64,000 bases of DNA from Mycolicibacterium neoaurum (GTDB lineage: Bacteria; Actinomycetota; Actinomycetes; Mycobacteriales; Mycobacteriaceae), in NCBI RefSeq assembly GCF_036946495.1, contig NZ_JAQIIX010000001.1, positions 878,697-942,696 of the forward strand. The letters are read 5' to 3'. Each line of letters starts with the position of its first letter. The first letter of the stretch is position 1. Below, piece by piece: positions 55,807 through 64,000 of the stretch. The notes under the pieces are model-generated. The model was not told where the DNA came from and did not search any database. It was given only the letters and a program-made list of their open reading frames with translations. The position numbers and the translations under genes are program-made.

Positions 55807-57225
55807 CTAGTGGTCGTCCTCACCGATCCGGTGCACGTGGATCAGGTTGGTCGAGCCTACTGTGCCCGGAGGAGCACCCGCGACGATGACCACCAGGTCG
55901 CCACGCTTGTAGCGGCCCAGGTCCAGCAGCGCCTGGTCGACCTGACGGATCATGCCATCGGTGGTCTGCATGTGCGGGACGATGAAGGTCTCGGTCCCCC
56001 AGGTCAGCGCCAGCTGGCTGCGCACCTCTGGCAGCGCGGTGAAGGCGAGCAGCGGCAGCGGCGTGTGCAGCCGGGCGAGCCTGCGGACGGTGTCACCGGA
56101 CTGGGTGAACGCCACCAGCGCCTTGGCCTCCAGCCGCTCGCCGATATCGCGGGCGGCGTAGGAGATGACACCGCGCTTGGTGCGCGGCACGTGGGTCAGC
56201 GGCGGCGCCTCGGTGGAGTTCGACTCGACGGCCTTCACGATGCGCGCCATCGTGCGCACCGCCTCAAGGGCGTATTTGCCGACGGAGGTCTCACCGGAGA
56301 GCATCACCGCGTCGGCGCCGTCGAGCACCGCGTTGGCGACGTCGGAGGCCTCGGCCCGGGTGGGCCGGGAGTTCTCGATCATCGACTCCAGCATCTGGGT
56401 GGCGACGATGACGGGCTTGGCGTTCTCGCGGGCCATCTGGATGGCCCGCTTCTGCACCAGCGGGACCTCTTCCAGGGGCAATTCGACACCGAGGTCACCA
56501 CGGGCCACCATGATGGCGTCGAAGGCCAGCACGATCGCCTCGAGGTTCTCGATGGCCTCGGGCTTCTCGAGCTTGGCGATGACGGGCACCCGGCGACCGA
56601 CTCGGTCCATCACCTCGTGCACCAACTCGATATCGGCCGGTGAGCGCACGAACGACAGCGCCACCAGGTCGACACCGAGGCGCAGCGCGAACTCCAGGTC
56701 GGCGATGTCCTTCTCCGAGAGCGCAGGCACCGAGACGTTCATGCCGGGCAGCGAGAGGCCCTTGTTGTTGCTGACCCGACCGCCTTCGGTCACCTGGCAG
56801 ACCACGTCGTTCCCGTCGATGTGCTCGACGACCAGTCCGACGTTGCCGTCGTCGACGAGCAAGCGGTCGCCGGGTGCCGCATCCACGGCCAGTTGCTTGT
56901 AGGTGGTGGACACCCGGTCATGGGTGCCCATGAAGTCGTCGACGGTGATGCGCACCGTCTCGCCGGCCTGCCACAACGTGGCGCCGGTGGCGAACCGCCC
57001 CAGCCGGATCTTGGGTCCCTGCAGGTCGGCCAGGATGCCGACGGCGCGTCCGGTGTAGTCGGAGGCGGCCCGGACCCGGCGGTAGGACTCTTCGTGGTCG
57101 GCGTGGTCACCATGGCTGAAATTCAGCCGCGCCACATCCATGCCTGCCTCTACGAGGTCACGCACGGACTCGTCGGTGGCGGTGGCGGGGCCGAGGGTAC
57201 AGACGATTTTTCCGCGTCTATTCAC
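55807..57225 (-). CDS. pyk: pyruvate kinase
   Basis: RRGKIVCTLGPATATDE...MDVARLNFSHG and MVARGDLGVELP are pyruvate kinase signatures. Confidence 0.95.
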   Translation of the reverse strand: MNRRGKIVCTLGPATATDESVRDLVEAGMDVARLNFSHGDHADHEESYRRVRAASDYTGRAVGILADLQGPKIRLGRFATGATLWQAGETVRITVDDFMGTHDRVSTTYKQLAVDAAPGDRLLVDDGNVGLVVEHIDGNDVVCQVTEGGRVSNNKGLSLPGMNVSVPALSEKDIADLEFALRLGVDLVALSFVRSPADIELVHEVMDRVGRRVPVIAKLEKPEAIENLEAIVLAFDAIMVARGDLGVELPLEEVPLVQKRAIQMARENAKPVIVATQMLESMIENSRPTRAEASDVANAVLDGADAVMLSGETSVGKYALEAVRTMARIVKAVESNSTEAPPLTHVPRTKRGVISYAARDIGERLEAKALVAFTQSGDTVRRLARLHTPLPLLAFTALPEVRSQLALTWGTETFIVPHMQTTDGMIRQVDQALLDLGRYKRGDLVVIVAGAPPGTVGSTNLIHVHRIGEDDH

Positions 57226-57289
57226 GCTGGGGAGCTTACTCGTTGATCGATTCAGATGACCATTCAGACCGGAGTGTCAGACCGGAGTG

Positions 57290-58784
57290 TCAGACGGCGG
57301 CCAGCGGCAGTGACCCGGGCCGCACCGGTGCGGGCAACTCGGACTCGCCCATCAGGTACAGGTCGACCGCGCGCGCGGCGCTACGCCCCTCGGCGATGGC
57401 CCACACGATCAGCGAGGCGCCGCGGTGGGCGTCGCCGCAGACGAACACCCCGGGCTCCTCGGTCTGCCAGTCCGATCCGCAGGGCAGCGCGCCGCGCCCG
57501 TTCGTGGTGAGCCCGAGACCCGCCAACAGCGGCATCTGCTCGACACCCTCGAAACCGATGGCCAGCAGCGCCAGCTCACAGGGGATCTCGAACGGATCGC
57601 CTACCGGGACGATGTGGCGGCGACCGTCGCCGTCACGTTGCACCCGCACCTCGGCGATCTGCACCGCGCGCAGCGCCCCCTGCTCGTCACCGACAAAACG
57701 CTGCACAGCGACCTCGAACCGGCGTTCCCCACCCTCGGCGTGCGCGGGCGAGGTCCGCAGCACCAGCGGCCAGGTCGGCCACGGCGAGCGATCCTCGTCA
57801 CGGGTCCGCGGCGGTTCGGGGTTGTAGTCGAGCTGGGTCACCGAGACCGCACCCTGCCGGTGCGCGGTACCCAGACAGTCCGCGCCGGTGTCACCGCCGC
57901 CGATGATGACCACACGCTTGCCGGCGGCCGTCGGTTCGGCGGCTCGGTCCCCCTCACACTCCTTGTTCGCCGCGACCAGATGCTCCATGGCCAGGTGAAC
58001 CCCGGCGAGATCGCGGCCGGCCACGTCGGTATCGCGGGCCTGCAGCGCACCGACCGCCAGCACGATCGCGTCGTGCTGTGCCCGCAACGCCTCGACCGAC
58101 AGATCGACACCGACCTCACAGTCGGTCACGAATCTGGTTCCCTCCGCGCGCATCTGGGCCAATCGCTGGTCGAGACCGGATTTCTCCAGCTTGTACTCGG
58201 GGATGCCGTAGCGCATCAGTCCGCCGATGCGGTCATCGCGTTCGTAGACGGTCACCTCGTGTCCGGCCCGGGTCAGCTGTTGGGCGGCCGCCAGACCTGC
58301 CGGACCCGAGCCGACCACGGCCACACTGCGTCCGGTGGATATGGCAGCAGGCTGCGGCACCACGGCACCGGTCAGCCAGGCGTGATCGGCGATGGTCTGT
58401 TCGATGCGCTTGATGGTGACGCTGCCGCCGGTGGCGGTCTCGGCGATGGACAACACGCAGGCCGCCTCGCACGGTGCGGGGCACAGCCGACCGGTGAACT
58501 CGGGGAAGTTGTTGGTGGCGTGCAGCCGGTCGCTGGCCGCGTCCCAGCGTCCGCGCCGGACCAGGTCGTTCCACTCGGGGATCAGGTTGCCCAGCGGGCA
58601 GCCCGCGGTTCCCGAGTGGCAGAACGGGATACCGCAATCCATACAGCGCCGGGCCTGTTGGGACACCTCGGCTGCCCGTTCCGCCGGCGGTCGGCTCTCG
58701 TAGACCTCACGCCAGTCCCCCACTCGTTCGTCGACGGGGCGCTTGACGGCCTCGTGTTTCCCGACGCGCAGAAACCCGGTGGGA

Positions 58785-58792
<8 letters not shown>
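57290..58792 (-). CDS. gltD: glutamate synthase small subunit (NADPH)
   Basis: GTG at 58792 gives [19 protein letters not shown]. It has Fe-S cysteines CMDCGIPFC and the dinucleotide motif [14 protein letters not shown]. It overlaps the gltB stop by 8 nt. Confidence 0.9.
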
Positions 58793-63380
<4,588 letters not shown>

Positions 63381-63404
63381 CGGCAGTGTATCAGCGCGGC
63401 GGGT

Positions 63405-63812
63405 TCACCACCCGGTGGAAACCGTCGGTACCAGCGGAAAGCCGGGCCAGTTCCGCACCACCGTCCAGGCAACAAGGGCCAGCACGACGGTGATCGTCGC
63501 GGCGGGTGGCATCAGTCTGCGTCCCTGCCGCCAGCGCACCGCCAACCACAGCAGCAGCATCGGGATCCCGGCGAGCATGAAGACGTTGTCGACCACGGCG
63601 GCGGCAAGATCACCGTGCAGGACATCGTGGGTCATCCGCAGACCACCGCACGCCGGGCATTGGAAACCGGTCAGCGTCTTGAACGGGCAGGCGGGGAAGA
63701 AACCGGGCCGGTGCGGGTCGCCGAGGCCGATATAGGTCAGCGCACCGGCCAGTCCGAGTCCGGCGGCGAGGACGCCCGCCCGCCCGAGGGTGACCGTGCT
63801 AGGTGCCATCAC
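63405..63812 (-). CDS. DUF2752-family membrane protein
   Basis: CPFKTLTGFQCPACGGLRM motif plus TM helices. Confidence 0.75.
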   Translation of the reverse strand: MMAPSTVTLGRAGVLAAGLGLAGALTYIGLGDPHRPGFFPACPFKTLTGFQCPACGGLRMTHDVLHGDLAAAVVDNVFMLAGIPMLLLWLAVRWRQGRRLMPPAATITVVLALVAWTVVRNWPGFPLVPTVSTGW

Positions 63813-64000
63813 GCAGGGGTCGGCCGTGTGGATCGCGCACCTTGTCGGTGAGGATCAAGATGGCGTCGATGAGACCCCAGATGACGGCGCCGATACCGCA
63901 GGTCGCCAATCCGACGATCAGCTGGGCGATGCCGAAGCCCGTCTGCCCGAGGTAGATGCGGCCGATCCCGACCAGGCCGAAGAGTCCGAGCAACTGCAGC
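63799..64000 (-). CDS. TM2-domain membrane protein (probably 5'-truncated by the window edge)
   Basis: GIGRIYLGQTGFGIAQLIVGLATCGIGAVIWGLIDAILIL matches the TM2 domain pattern. The reading frame remains open to the window end. Confidence 0.6.
   Translation of the reverse strand, partial: LQLLGLFGLVGIGRIYLGQTGFGIAQLIVGLATCGIGAVIWGLIDAILILTDKVRDPHGRPLRDGT

Overview
High-GC actinobacterial chromosome segment of Mycobacterium/Mycolicibacterium type. The backbone runs uvrB, DUF402 protein, coaE, rpsA, polA, DUF35/thiolase pair, pdtaR, class III adenylate cyclase, cydABDC, tesB, pyk and gltBD. From memory this is colinear, in inverted order, with the M. tuberculosis Rv1617-Rv1633 region. Extra blocks are inserted into it: a LysR/flavin monooxygenase/esterase cluster, a liv-type branched-chain amino-acid ABC transporter, a GH5-like secreted hydrolase, a polar amino-acid ABC transporter, and a two-component system with DUF2339 and Dps. 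The main accessory feature is a ~15.5 kb phage-like element (20853-36389) integrated at the 3' end of a tRNA gene and bounded by a perfect 25-bp direct repeat. It encodes a tyrosine integrase, an XRE repressor, an excisionase-like protein, and a winged-helix replication-type gene with an internal iteron/inverted-repeat array and an AT-rich tract. It also encodes a WhiB-like protein and a head-only morphogenesis set: a degenerate protease paralogue, an HK97-type prohead protease, an HK97-type major capsid protein and a 1147-aa tape-measure-like protein. I see no large terminase, portal or tail genes. That gene content suggests a phiRv1/phiRv2-like or capsid-forming satellite-type element rather than a complete prophage. 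Next to attR the element carries a reverse-oriented, lower-GC four-gene operon with no family I recognise. This is my best candidate for an undescribed, possibly defence or exclusion, system. Outside the element, a perfect CRP-type palindrome lies in an unusually AT-rich spacer upstream of the adenylate cyclase gene. All calls come from reading the sequence and the ORF track; no database searches were run.
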